Shown here: positions 46,321 to 58,638 of the stretch, in pieces
Layout of the letters: each line of letters starts with the position of its first letter
Position numbering within the stretch: position 1 is the stretch's first letter
Source of the DNA: Dictyostelium fasciculatum
Lineage: Eukaryota
Direction: 5' to 3'
Length of the DNA stretch: 64,000 bases
Assembly: GCF_000203815.1 (NCBI RefSeq)
Contig: NW_004457695.1
Span: 1,360,054 to 1,424,053 of the forward strand
The notes under the pieces: model-generated
The model's input: the letters and a program-made list of their open reading frames with translations, nothing else
Database searches by the model: none
Told to the model about the DNA's origin: nothing
Translations under genes and position numbers: made by a program

Positions 46321-47066
46321 CAACAATCGATGCATGACGACACTATATATTTGTTTATTATTATAAAACTAGTTGGATGTGTTTTTATATCATTTTATTT
46401 TAAAAACTCTATTTATATGTGCATTGTATTCTTGTCTACCACCCACACACAATCTACACACACAACACTAATTAAATCACAAAATATCCCATACCACTTC
46501 TACTGATTGATGATGTTCTATCAATCATTGGTTCTCAACGCCTCCCCCTAATCCATCAATCCATCCATAATCTCTTCACAATCTTTCAAATCAATTCGAA
46601 AATTGGTTTGTTTGATTTTCTTTTAAACAATTCCAACAAGATCAAAAAGTGAATTTATATATATATATATATATTAAAGAATTGGTGGAAATAATGGAGG
46701 ATAAAGGAGAAGAGGTTTTATAACAACAAACAACTTGTAGTACTAGTTGTCCTCAAAAAAAATAATATTATTTTTTCATTGTAAACAAACTCTTTTTTTT
46801 TTCCACCAATCAATATTCAATTCAATTTTTTGTTTTAGCCAACCACACATCAAAGGAAGGTTTTCCAGTCCTGGTTGTACAAGAAGGAGAAGTTCAACTG
46901 CTCAATATTTTATTATTTATCTATTTTTTATAAATCTTTAATTTTACCATATTCTTTATATTTTCAAAGTTTTTTTTGTTTATTTGTTGTAAAAACATAT
47001 AATCAATTAAATAATCTACATTATAATAACCATCAGTGATATTTGAAAACTGGAATTTTTATAATA

Positions 47067-49217
47067 ATGAATTATTGTAATTCACCACACACCCCCACCA
47101 CCAACACTCTCATTCACCATACAAATATTGTTGGTTCAAAGAAACCTTTACCAGAAGTGATTAATATTAATAATAATAATAATAATAATATGTTGGCCTC
47201 TTCTTATATTACGAAGGAAGCAGCAGCAAACAAGTCACCTATGCTCGACCCGTCACCCTCCTCCTCCTCATCATCATCGTCCACCACACCTCCACTGTTG
47301 TTGACACCAAATATATTATTAATTCCGAATCTCATGAACAATTGTAATAATAGTAATAATAATAATACTAACCTATATAATCATCATCATAATCACATAA
47401 ATAGTCATGGACAAAATATCACTACCATAAAAACCGAGCCTGTTTCAACATTGCAATATCCACAACAACCGCAACAACAACAACCGCAACAACAACAACA
47501 ACAAGTTCAACAAGTTCAACAACAACAACAACAACCTCAATCCCAATATATTCATCCACCTCCAGCCTATATATATAACGGAAACGGAGGTACCCTTGAA
47601 GATCAACAACAACAACAACAACAATTACAACAACAACATCAAATCCAACAACAACAACTTTTACAACAACAAATTCTTCAACAACAACAATTCCAACAGC
47701 AACAACAACAACAACAACAACAACAAATTCAACAACATGTACAGTCGACTATGATTCAAGTCCAACAACAACAACAACAAGTCCAACAGCAACAACAACA
47801 ACAAGTTCAACAACAATTATCATCACCAAATAATAATAATCAAGAATCTATAATTATTACAACTAGTGGTATTAACGGTCAACAAACCTTGTCTATACAA
47901 CAACCACAACAACAAATGGCACCACAACCACATCAACAACAAACATTATCAATTCAACCACCACAACAAAATATACCATTACCACAACATCTTTTGGTTG
48001 CTCCATTTGGAAATCAAGCACCACAACCACACCAACAGATCATAAACGAATGTCTAAAGTTACATTTAGCACAAAAGGATCAATTGGAAAAGATGAAGGT
48101 TGTACAGAAACAAGTCTTGGCACATCCCCAAACCGAGACGTTCCAAATGCTCGACAATGAGCAAAACACTCTAAAGAAGCAGATTGACGCCGAATTGACG
48201 TCTCTACAACAGATCGATCAGACATTTGTATTGTCACCCACGGAAATCCGTAATGTTGTTTTTTTAATCCACGAACTCACCATCCAAAGTATCCAACTCG
48301 AATTGTATCATGAAGAGCTCCAGCTCCTCGTCCGTCCACAGAATCCACCACCCACCATTGCTGCACTCGTCGTCATTGAACAACCCTTCCCAATGGTTAT
48401 TACCAAGTGCAAGCCACTCGAAGATGATCCCGTCGTCGTCCAATTGCTCAGCGGAACACGTACCGAACTCCAACTCATTGGCAAGGTTCGCGCCACCATG
48501 ATTGTAGAGAACCAACAAAACTCCAAGACTTCAGGTTCACCAAAGACCATTGAAACTGAAGTTGTATCGATGGATGAAGTACAACGTCTTGCCAAATACC
48601 ATCTCAAGTTCCTCAATGGTACTCGTAAGAATCCAGTCACTCTCAAATTTGGTATGCAAGTCCAAGTTGTCGGTGGCACCCCTGTCAATATTGAAAGTCC
48701 ACCCACCTCTCCCTTTATCGTCATTACCAACGAGTGTCAATACGAAGAGTCTGATGGAACCCTACTCAAAAAGGACAGTTTTGGAAACAATGCCGAAATC
48801 CCATGGGCATCGTACGCCAACAAACTCCAACGTCACTTCCTCAGAGCCACTAGACAAGACTCGATCAAACCAACACGTTATCTATCGCGTCACGAACTCA
48901 TGTATCTACATCAACAATTCTTTGGTGGTCGTAGTATGGTTTCTCAGTCCATGTTTGACGCTTTTTGGAATTGGTTTGGAAAGGGTCTCCAAAAGCTTCG
49001 TTATCAACGTCATGTTTGCTCCATGTGGCAATCTGGTCTCATCTATGGTTTCATCTCTCGTCAAAGTGTAGAAGAAGCACTTCGAAATGAAGAGATGGGT
49101 ACTTTTCTCATTAGATTTAGTGAAAGACATGCTGGTCATTTTGCTATTGGTTATAAAGTTGATGATCCCGATCCTGAAAAAAGAATTAGACATTATTTAG
49201 TTAAAGCTGATGATACT
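47067..49217 (+). CDS. STAT family transcription factor (coiled-coil, DNA-binding, linker, SH2), main exon
   Basis: The SH2 core is [63 protein letters not shown] (STAT GTFLLRFSES). The N-terminus is polyQ. The donor GTAAAT is at 49218. Confidence 0.8.
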
Positions 49218-49287
49218 GTAAATATAAAAAATAGAAAAAAATCGAAAAAATAGAAATATATTAACTTTTTTATTTTAATTTTTTTTA

Positions 49288-49488
49288 GGCTGGAGCTAAA
49301 AAGACATTACCAGATTTCTTATCAGAATGTCCACAATTCACAAAGATTTTACAATTGACCATTGATCCAATAACGGGAGAACCAAGACTACGAAATTTCC
49401 CAAAAGATGTTGTTCTTGAACCATATTATTCTAAACGAGAAGCTTTACCAGCTACCAATGGTTACGATTCTTTACCAGTTTTAAATTA
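49288..49488 (+). CDS. STAT terminal exon (C-terminal tail with a GYDSLP tyrosine motif)
   Basis: [17 protein letters not shown]...[16 protein letters not shown]. Confidence 0.7.
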
Positions 49489-50503
49489 AACCTGGAAATT
49501 TAAAAAAATACCACCCACTTCTACTCACAACTCAACTTTGTTAATATCCTACCTTCCTCCTCATCTGACAAAATATTAAATTATTTTTTATAAAACTAGG
49601 TTGGAATCTAAAAGAAAAACAATGTACTTTTTTCATATATATACAATCAAAAAAAAAAAAAAGTACATATCCCTTTCTTTTATTCCTTTTTTATAATAAT
49701 AATAATCGTCAATAGTAAATACAACACTCTTATAACAACCAAATATATATATAACAAAAAAAAAAACAAAAAAAAAACAAAAAAAACAAAAAAAAAAACT
49801 CTACACTTACTTAACAAAACAACAAACAACGAAACAATACTTGTATATAATTACAGACCAAAACCAAAACTTTAACCTTTATATCTTATACTCATTAAAT
49901 AAATAAAATCCATTAATCAAAACATCAAGCGGAGAGATAGTACTTTATTCGGCCAACAGATACAGAATTGAAATATGCAAAAGAAAAGAATATAAATTAA
50001 TAAAATTTGGTTGTGGACCATCTTAATTTTCCTTTTATTAATAATTACCAAAAAGAGTCATGATGTTTGAATTATTTGTTCAACAGTGGAATGAAAACAA
50101 ACAACATTTATATATATTTTGTGTCAGAGTCATCAATAATAATAGATTAATTGATTCGATATTAGGGTTAAAATTATATTTTCGGCCAAGTTGTAAAAGA
50201 ATTACCCACCGATATTGTCAATATAAACAAAACACATTGACATTGACACAAACTAATAATAATAATAAAATCATATTCAAACAAATAAAAAAATGTCTTG
50301 CGAGGTTTGGTTGTCCCCAGTGCAGCAACAAAGTTTTGTCCAAAATATCTGACAAAAAATTGATTTTTCGTTAAAGTTGTTCTTCATTGCAACCAAACCC
50401 CTTCACATCTGTTTAACAAATAAGATAGATATTAGTAGTTGTAGTAATAAGAGTTATCAAAACTTTGTTAGTTAGATAGATTAAACTATTTCTCGTCAAG
50501 AAA

Positions 50504-50769
50504 ATGAAAAGAATAGTAATAATAATAGCAATTATATTTATATTGATACAACTCGAAAGTTGTATTGCACTTAATAATGGAGTAGCGCCTACGCCAGGTA
50601 TGGGATGGTCAACTTGGAATAGATATGGATGTAATATAAATGAATCTGTTATTATAGACAATGCCAATGCAATGATTAAAAGTGGTCTTGTCAATTATGG
50701 TTACGAATATATTAATATCGATGATTGTTGGGCAGTAGGAAGAAATGAATCAACAAATGAATTAATTGC
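50504..50769 (+). CDS. GH27 alpha-galactosidase / alpha-N-acetylgalactosaminidase, exon 1
   Basis: A signal peptide, then LNNGVAPTPGMGWSTWNRYGCNINE...YEYINIDDCW, which is the GH27 signature. The donor is GTAAGT. Confidence 0.85.
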
Positions 50770-50850
50770 GTAAGTCATAGATAGACAGAGATAGATAGAC
50801 TATCTATTTTAACTAACTCTCTGTCCTCTTTTTTTTTCATTTTCATTTAG

Positions 50851-50998
50851 AGATCCTGTTGCATTTCCAAATGGTATTAAATATATAGCAGATTATTTAC
50901 ATTCAGTTGGTTTAAAGATGGGAATTTATACAGATGCTAGCCCAATCACTTGGCAAAAACGTCCTGGTAGTTTTGGTTTTGAACAATTAGATGCTGAT
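50851..50998 (+). CDS. GH27 alpha-galactosidase exon 2
   Basis: [30 protein letters not shown]... The donor GTAAAT is at 50999. Confidence 0.8.
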
Positions 50999-51078
50999 GT
51001 AAATAATCAAAAGAATTCAAAATATCTATTTAATAATTACATTTACTAATCTCTCTCTCTCTCTCTTTATTTTTTTAG

Positions 51079-51849
51079 ACATTTGCATCATGGGGAATTG
51101 ATTATGTTAAAGAAGATTGGATGAAACAATCATTTTATAATTGGACAGGTGATCCTATTGCATTGTATACTAAAATGTCAGATTGTTTAAATGCAACTGG
51201 AAGAGATATCTATTTTGCAGTTTGTGAATGGGGTATCGACAATGTACAAACATGGGCACCTGCCATTGCAAATAGTTGGAGAACAGCTCCCGATATCAAG
51301 GATGAATGGACTAGAATAATGGAAATTTTGGATCTTCAGCTGCCACTGACCAATGCATCTGGTGTAGGCAGTGGTTGGAACGATATGGATAGTTTGGAGG
51401 TTGGCAATGGTAACATGAGTACCATAGAGTACACAACTCACTTTTCTATATGGTGCATGATGGCATCACCACTTATCATGGGTAACGACTTGACAAATAT
51501 GGATGATGACACCTTGGCCATCCTCTCGGCCACTGAAATGATCGAAGTCAACCAAGACACTCTCGGCATTCAAGCCTACAGAGTCTATCAAAACACGAGT
51601 GAATCGACTGAAATCTATGTCAGACCTTTGGACGATGGTACTCATGCCGTCATGCTACTCAACAGAAACGACAATGACACACTAAACATTGAGCTCGATC
51701 TCGGCTTGCTCGGTCTTCCAACCACCCTCAATTGTCTTATTCGTGATATTTGGAAGCAACAAGATTTGGGTGTCTATAGTGGTAGTTATATTTCTGATAA
51801 TGTACCTCCTCATGGATGTGTAGTATTAAAAGTTGTTTGGATGGATTAA
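51079..51849 (+). CDS. GH27 alpha-galactosidase exon 3
   Basis: TFASWGIDYVKEDW...YFAVCEWG...SGWNDMDSLEVGNG covers the catalytic Asp region and the C-terminal beta-domain. Confidence 0.85.
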   Translation, partial: TFASWGIDYVKEDWMKQSFYNWTGDPIALYTKMSDCLNATGRDIYFAVCEWGIDNVQTWAPAIANSWRTAPDIKDEWTRIMEILDLQLPLTNASGVGSGWNDMDSLEVGNGNMSTIEYTTHFSIWCMMASPLIMGNDLTNMDDDTLAILSATEMIEVNQDTLGIQAYRVYQNTSESTEIYVRPLDDGTHAVMLLNRNDNDTLNIELDLGLLGLPTTLNCLIRDIWKQQDLGVYSGSYISDNVPPHGCVVLKVVWMD

Positions 51850-53157
51850 AAAAAAAAAAGATAGACAATCAATCCATTTCTTCTTTTGTAAATTAAAAAC
51901 TCTCTTTAAAATAATAATAATAAACCAAATTTCACAATCCATTTATATTATATACTACATTCTAAAATGTCTTTTCTGTTGCTGTTGTTTTCGTTTCTAT
52001 TTTATCTATATATATGATTTATTGAGTTGTTGTTACTTGTAAGATTAAACCATTCATCCTATCTAGATTCGCAAAGTCACTATCTTTATCTGTCAAATAT
52101 TTATATATAACTTTATCATTGGTCACTTTTAAAACTACATTTGCATCTACTTTTCTAAACTTGAAAACATATCTTGTCTATATAAATATATAGATAATAG
52201 ATAATAGCAAACATTGTTAGTTTGAAAGATTGTGTATATGATGATGATGATGCAATGCATATGATGATCACTTCTTCGTCAATCAATACAATTCTTCATC
52301 AATCAATACAATTCTTCATTCATACCTTTGCAGGATCTTCTCTAAATAATGTTTCAGACTTGTCATAAAACTCTTCAAAATCTTTCAAATATACCATGTT
52401 TTATATATTTATATAAATATGCTATCGATCAGAGTGATTAAATTAAGAGTTAAACAAAGATCTCAATTGAATGCAGTACAAAAAATTTAAAAAAATAAAA
52501 AATAATTAAAATTAAATACTCTATCATTGGTTCACTTTTTAAAAGGGTAATGAAGAATTGTGTGGATTGCTGGTAGATGGAATTGTATATCAAATAAAGA
52601 GCCCTAGTAGCTTGAATAATAAACAATTAGTTTGGGAAATATATTTTGTTTTTTTTTTCATTGGAAGTCGAAAGTGTTTTATAATGTATAGAAATGTAGC
52701 CTCTGATCTGTTCTCCACTTTTATAATCTTCAATGAATAGGCAATCAAATTTAAATTAAATGTATGAATAGGAAAGAGATTGACAAAAATATTTTAATAC
52801 TTTGTTTCAAGGGAATGAGATGTAAAGGACTATTTTTTGATTAATCATTTGGATCATTTTAAAAAGAATCAAAAAAATAGTATATATCCATGAATTAAAA
52901 AAAATAATAGATCAAATAATAAATTGTATACAGTCCATAATCGATTTCGTTTTTGTAGAATGAAAAATATCTAGATAAGGTATGTCGCGACAATCCTTGA
53001 CCTAAAAAAAATCTATTTACTCTGCAGACCCAAAAAACGATAACAATTAAGAATAGATCATCATTTGTCAACAACATAATGTTTTATTATTTATTATTCA
53101 ATTTTTTTCAAAAAGAGATATTTATATACAAATAGAAAGAGATAGAGATAGAGAGAA

Positions 53158-53778
53158 ATGAAATTCACAAATAATTTAATGATTATCATTTCAACGATGG
53201 TGATGATGATCGTTTACAATAGTGTAGATGGAGCATCATATGTTTCCATTCAAGAATTCCCAGATAATAATTGTACTGGTGAATATTTTGCACAAAACTA
53301 TGCGATTGTTGGAACTTGTTTCGAACGATCAATGTATACATGTGATGGTGTTTCATCGACTCGTAACCTCTACAAAACTGATGATTGCTCTGGTAGTCCA
53401 TGGCAATCACAATCATACAATATCGGTCAATGTACAGGCTTTCCTGAACTAGATCAAGTAGGCTATACCATCTGGGAATGTGTCGACAATTACACCATTC
53501 CCGCCAATAGTTCAAATTCAATTACTTATCTTGGATCGTGTGAAACACCATGGAATGAAAACCCAGTACTGTGGATCAATGCACTCAAGAATAACCACTG
53601 TTTTCCACAAACCGGTGTTCCTCCAGGATCGGGTATGGTTCGTTGCAAGAACAACAAAGGATTGATGGATTTCTCGTACCCACAACGTGGATGTAAAGGT
53701 CAGGCATCAACCGACTATGAACCAAACCCAAAGTATTGTGATGGTGATCTTGGTTATGATTTCGTTTGTTCTCATTAA
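53158..53778 (+). CDS. Secreted cysteine-rich protein (206 aa), single exon
   Basis: A signal peptide MKFTNNLMIIISTMVMMIVYNSVDG, then 16 or more Cys. No family was recognised. Confidence 0.55.
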   Translation: MKFTNNLMIIISTMVMMIVYNSVDGASYVSIQEFPDNNCTGEYFAQNYAIVGTCFERSMYTCDGVSSTRNLYKTDDCSGSPWQSQSYNIGQCTGFPELDQVGYTIWECVDNYTIPANSSNSITYLGSCETPWNENPVLWINALKNNHCFPQTGVPPGSGMVRCKNNKGLMDFSYPQRGCKGQASTDYEPNPKYCDGDLGYDFVCSH

Positions 53779-53889
53779 ATAGTAAATAAATAAATAAATA
53801 AATAATCATTTTTTTTTTGTTCTTTTCTTTTATCAACCAATCAAAATAATAATTTTCTATTTTTGGGTAGACGATTTTTTTTCATGGTA

Positions 53890-54628
53890 GGAAGACAAAG
53901 GTGTTTGATAGGATGAGGATTTGATGGAATTTGATGGCGAATGAATAGAAATGCAGCCACGTTTACTAAACTATGCTCTATCTTGTCGAGGGCCCTACGA
54001 TATAGATAGTAATTGGATAGTTAAGTTATAATCAAGATCTTATATAAACTATGGTTAGTCTTATAGATTGTATAGTGTTATATAAAATGTAATAATAATG
54101 AATGATGAGAGCTGTTGCTCGTTTGTAGGTGCGTGAGAATTGGGATTTTGTAAAAATGGTCCATTCTCATTACACACGGATGAGTACTACACTAAGATGA
54201 AAAAATCCTTGGCACAAAACAACAAAAAGGTTGAGGCCCCATCGAGGTTCGAACTCGAGACCCCTTCCTTACTAGGGAAGTACAATAACCACTATGCTAT
54301 GGGGCCTTGCTTTTTTGATGCAAAATTCTCCATTCCCCCTATTTATACCCCCCTTTTACAAAGACCCTATCTATTTTTAGAACAAGCAACAATCCAAAAC
54401 AATCCAACATGCTTGACACTATACAAAAAGATACATGATCAACGTCCATACAACATGTATCATAGACATGGACAAACCCCCAGAACAAATTAACTTTAAT
54501 TCTTCTTGAGATAATCTTTATTTCTTGCTGGTCAATTAAAAAGTATAATTAATAAAACTTTGTGACTTCTGAGTACTACTCTTCCCGATAGGAGAGAACA
54601 GGAAAAGAATTACTTTAAAAAAAAAAAA
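53890..54628. repeat. Left arm of the inverted repeat pair; carries tRNA-Thr and ends in an A-run
   Basis: It is the reverse complement of 57627-58790 with indels. It ends in AAAGAATTACTTTAAAAAAAAAAAA at about 54605-54628. Confidence 0.8.
54234..54306 (-). tRNA. tRNA-Thr (anticodon AGU)
   Basis: GGCCCCATAGCATAGTGGTTATTGTACTTCCCTAGTAAGGAAGGGGTCTCGAGTTCGAACCTCGATGGGGCCT read on the minus strand. The anticodon loop is CTAGTAA, the T-arm is TCGAG/CTCGA and the acceptor is GGCCCCA/TGGGGCC. Confidence 0.85.
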
Positions 54629-57149
54629 CCTTTTACAAAGACAAATGCAAGGCACCCAGAAGCATCTGAGCTAATTAGGACTAGTCTCGCATCATTATCA
54701 TCAAACTATTATAAATAAAGACTAGGATAGACTGGGGACTATCCAACCTTGTAACCTACTCGTCAGTTAGACTGACGACGTGGATAGAGCACTCGAAGAG
54801 TCTCTTAAAGGTTGTTCATTCATTATACTCTTCTCCCCACATATCTCTGTAATAACTATATAGATACTTGGTAAATATATAATTAGTTGAGAGGTATATA
54901 ATAATAATATATAGATATATGAATATATAGATAGTAATAATGACTTTAGATTAGATTGTAAATGATTATTAATTATAGTAATAAAAGATGAATTAATGTT
55001 TATTGATTTCATTGGTCTTTTATAGTTTGTTGTTCGAGACGACTAACCGACAATAGTTTAGTCGTTAGTATTTTTATCCAGCATACTTTCTATATTTGGC
55101 ACCAGGATTAAGTATGTTGATAATTAGATGAAATATCATTGACTAATCATTGAACTGTACTTTAATTTACAATCTGAATCCAACAATCTCTACCAACTGT
55201 TTATTACAAAGCTTGCTGTTAATATAGCCTTGCTTGATGATACTTCAAATTGCTTCCATTTAAATATACATCGCGCTCCCTAACGAAATAAATAAATAAT
55301 AATTATTACCTATTCATCTTCTTATTCTTCCAATAATACATAAACATACATCTGATTTTGAAATCTTTGTTTCTCAATTCTGTAATGCCATTTTCCAATA
55401 TTGAATTCGTTGCTCGCCTTCACTCGAATTGCTTGTTGGTCTTGGTTTGTTGTTTGGAAGTGGATGTTTCCTCTGTCTTTTCATCGTCGCCACTATCTGT
55501 ACAACCACAGTCTAATCAAGTAGAGATGTTTGTTGACAACCTCTATACCTTTTCGTGTCATAAAAGTCGATCGTTTATGAGAGTGATAAGCTGTCCAATC
55601 ACAGTCTCTGGTTTACCATTGACATCACCTGTTACCTTTGTTGCATTAATACTATTAAACATTCGTAACAGCTTGTACACCAACGAGACCATTCATCAAC
55701 TCATTCATCTGCCCTCATGCAGTGATCTTTTCTCTAGAGGATCACATGTAACATCGTCTCGAAACCAAATGATCTATATGTAGGTAGTAGATAAAGAATA
55801 TGTATTGTGTATTGTACAGATATAGTTGGATCGAGAGGTGGATGTGGAGTAGGACAACATTAAATATAGAGTAGGCAATCATTTGTTTTAATTAATACTT
55901 AATAATTGATTAAAATGAATTTAAAAAAAGAATATCATCACCATAGCGATCTCTACCTTTGAATTTTTTTAAAAATGGACATTCCTCAGTTTGCCTTCCT
56001 CTCTACGATGGTGTGGTCAACATGTTCCAATCATATTCAGATTCAAGCAACTCTGAAGCAACCAGCTCTGCTCCAGAAGAGTATTGACTGGGATTAGGGA
56101 TTGCGCTTCCATCGCCACTGAAGAGGAAAGAACCAAACTCTTTGTATCTTTCTTCAAGGTCAAAGTCTCCCCATCGTTCTTTAGAATCATTGGAAAAAGA
56201 GATGTGGTTGGAGGACCAAGATCTATAGCCATGTCTCACTATTTGGTTCTATCATTGCATTCAAGATGTTGGTTGAGCGCCTCCCAAATGCCTTTTCACC
56301 GCAATCAAGTGAATCTCTTTGATACACGTGATAAAAGAAAGGACTCTTCTCCTTCTTTGTCCACCCAACAACAAAAGAAAAGCAAGGTTGATGCCCGAGA
56401 AACCAAGGAACAACAAGTCCCATCAGAGAAACCAAAGCCTTTTGCACTCTGGAGCACACCAATGCCAATATCGGCCGAATATGACTATGATCATAAAGTC
56501 GCTATCAAAAGAAAAGATGGAGAGGAATTCAATCAACCGTTGGTCTTTCAAAGTGGGGCTGATGCTATGAAGTGGTGTATAGATCCTCTGCTTTAAACCT
56601 ATTACACCTCGGCTAAAACCCAAGAGAAACAAATCAAATATGTACCTGTGGTGTCGTATACTTTTGTTGATGAAGAAAATCAATTCGAATTTCCCACTCT
56701 TCACAATGGTGAATACCAAGGTCCATTTGATATTGTATGAGATCCTATTTTTGGTAATAGGTTATATTATATGGGATATAAACAAATTAAATTCATCGTC
56801 AATACTTATACCCATATTGTTAAAGTAGAGTTACAATTTGAATCGAATTTGTTTGCTGGACAAGGTGATCAAACAATATTAAGTATTTTGAATAAATAAA
56901 TAAATAAACTTTATGAATATTATTAATATCAAAAGTGTATCTTTATCTTGTTATTTATTAAATTTAAATACAAACACTTATGATAAAAAAGCAGACGAAT
57001 TTTATCTTTTTTTTTTTTTTTATAAATCTGGACTCTAGTCGTCGGACAATAGAGTAATTATGGTTTATTTGTTTTAATTTTAATTAAAATAGTTAGAGTT
57101 TCTGTTAGTATAGGGGCTTGTAGCCCCGTTGTTGGGTGGTATTGTTTCT

Positions 57150-57300
57150 TATATTATTATTATTATATTATTATTATTATATTATTATTATTATATTATT
57201 ATTATATTATTATTATATTATTCTTATATTATTATTATATTATTATTATATTTTTAATTGTTATATTATTATTGCATTATTACTAGATTATTGTTGATGT
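57150..57300. repeat. (TATTAT/TATATTATTAT)n microsatellite
   Basis: Direct reading of the sequence. Confidence 0.8.
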
Positions 57301-58415
57301 ATCGCTTGTTGGCTAATAGTTGGTGGTGATAATTGGGAGAGGGAGGGGTGTGGCGAGTTTCCCCCATGTTCTTGCGAACCTGGCGAAGGATTGTCTGGCA
57401 TGTGTTTGGGTCTTGATTATTTCGTCAGTAGGGCTGTTGGCGATGGCTGTTGTGGTTTGGTTAACCAGTTTGGCGTGTTCGACGTAGATTATACCTTTGA
57501 ATCTTGCAATGACCATCTTATCTTCGTTTTCATCAGGTGATATTGTCGAGTGATAGATGGTGTTGAGGTGGTGGTGCCATTCCTTTAGAAGCATGATAGA
57601 TACTAGGGTTGAGTATCTGGTTTTTTTTTTTTAAAGTAATTCTTTTCCTGTTCTCTCCTATCGGGAAGAGTAGTACTCAGAAGTCACAAAGTTTTATTAA
57701 TTATACTTTTTAATTGACCAACAAGAAATAAAGATTATCTCAAGAAGAATTAAAGTTAATTTGTTCTGGGGGTTTGTCCATGTCTATGATACATGTTGTA
57801 TGGACGTTGATCATGTATCTTTTCGTATAGTGTCAAGCATGTTGGATTGTTTTGGATTGTTGCTTGTTCTAAAAATAAATTGGTTAAAGATATCGCTTTT
57901 TTTTTTTTTTTTTTTTTCTCAGCACTCTAAGCTGTAATAGTGGGAAAAATAAGTATTCTAAGTAATCATTATTATTAATAAAATTAAAATATTATTATTA
58001 TTAATATTATTATTGATAGATGAAGAGAGAATAGAAGAAGATGAAGGTGTTGACGCAAATATGGCACCCATCTTCTTCTAATTTTAGTACCATACTTGCG
58101 GTGAAACCTTAAGCCTTGGGTGCGTCCAAGACCGACTGCCGCTCTCAACTCTCGCGCCGATTTACTCCCCATTGTGGACACTCGTCTTTACGTGTTGCAT
58201 ATTGTATTTGAGATGTCAGATGGCTTTCTATCGCGACGGCCCAGTAGGTCCTCCACTACCTTCCCGTTACTTGTTGCAGTCTGGCTACCCAATCTCCTGC
58301 TGAGAAGGGGAAACTAACCCGGTCATCCTTCCGTGGGGGTGTCCTGTCTCTAGATCCCTAGAGTCGGATGGTTTTTCTCCTCAATCCCCCCAATTGTGTC
58401 AAGTTAAACGTTGGC

Positions 58416-58508
58416 GCCAAAGGTAAAGTTCGAGGGCAGGATTCGAACCTATGACCTTTACGTTCCCGGGGTAGCACACTCCCGACTCACTTGCCACGCC
58501 ATGCCCCT
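58416..58508 (-). other. tRNA-like element (box-B-like GGTTCGAATCC) that does not fold into a canonical cloverleaf; tRNA pseudogene or retroelement-derived
   Basis: The minus-strand read contains ...AGGTCATAGGTTCGAATCCTGCCC...TTTGGCGCC. The acceptor pairing is imperfect. Confidence 0.25.
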
Positions 58509-58565
58509 TGAGTATCTGGTGCGATATCGTATAAAAAGGGGCAAATCAATTTTGGCAAACTCAAA

Positions 58566-58638
58566 GGCCCCATAGCATAGTGGTTATTGTACTTCCCTAG
58601 TAAGGAAGGGGTCTCGAGTTCGAACCTCGATGGGGCCT
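58566..58638 (+). tRNA. tRNA-Thr (anticodon AGU), identical to the copy at 54234-54306
   Basis: The same 73-nt sequence on the plus strand. Confidence 0.85.

Noticed and set aside
50060-50374. 104-aa ORF in the AT-rich spacer before the alpha-galactosidase gene
   Set aside because: It is extremely AT-rich with a low-complexity translation, no splice context and no homology. It probably lies in the promoter or leader region.
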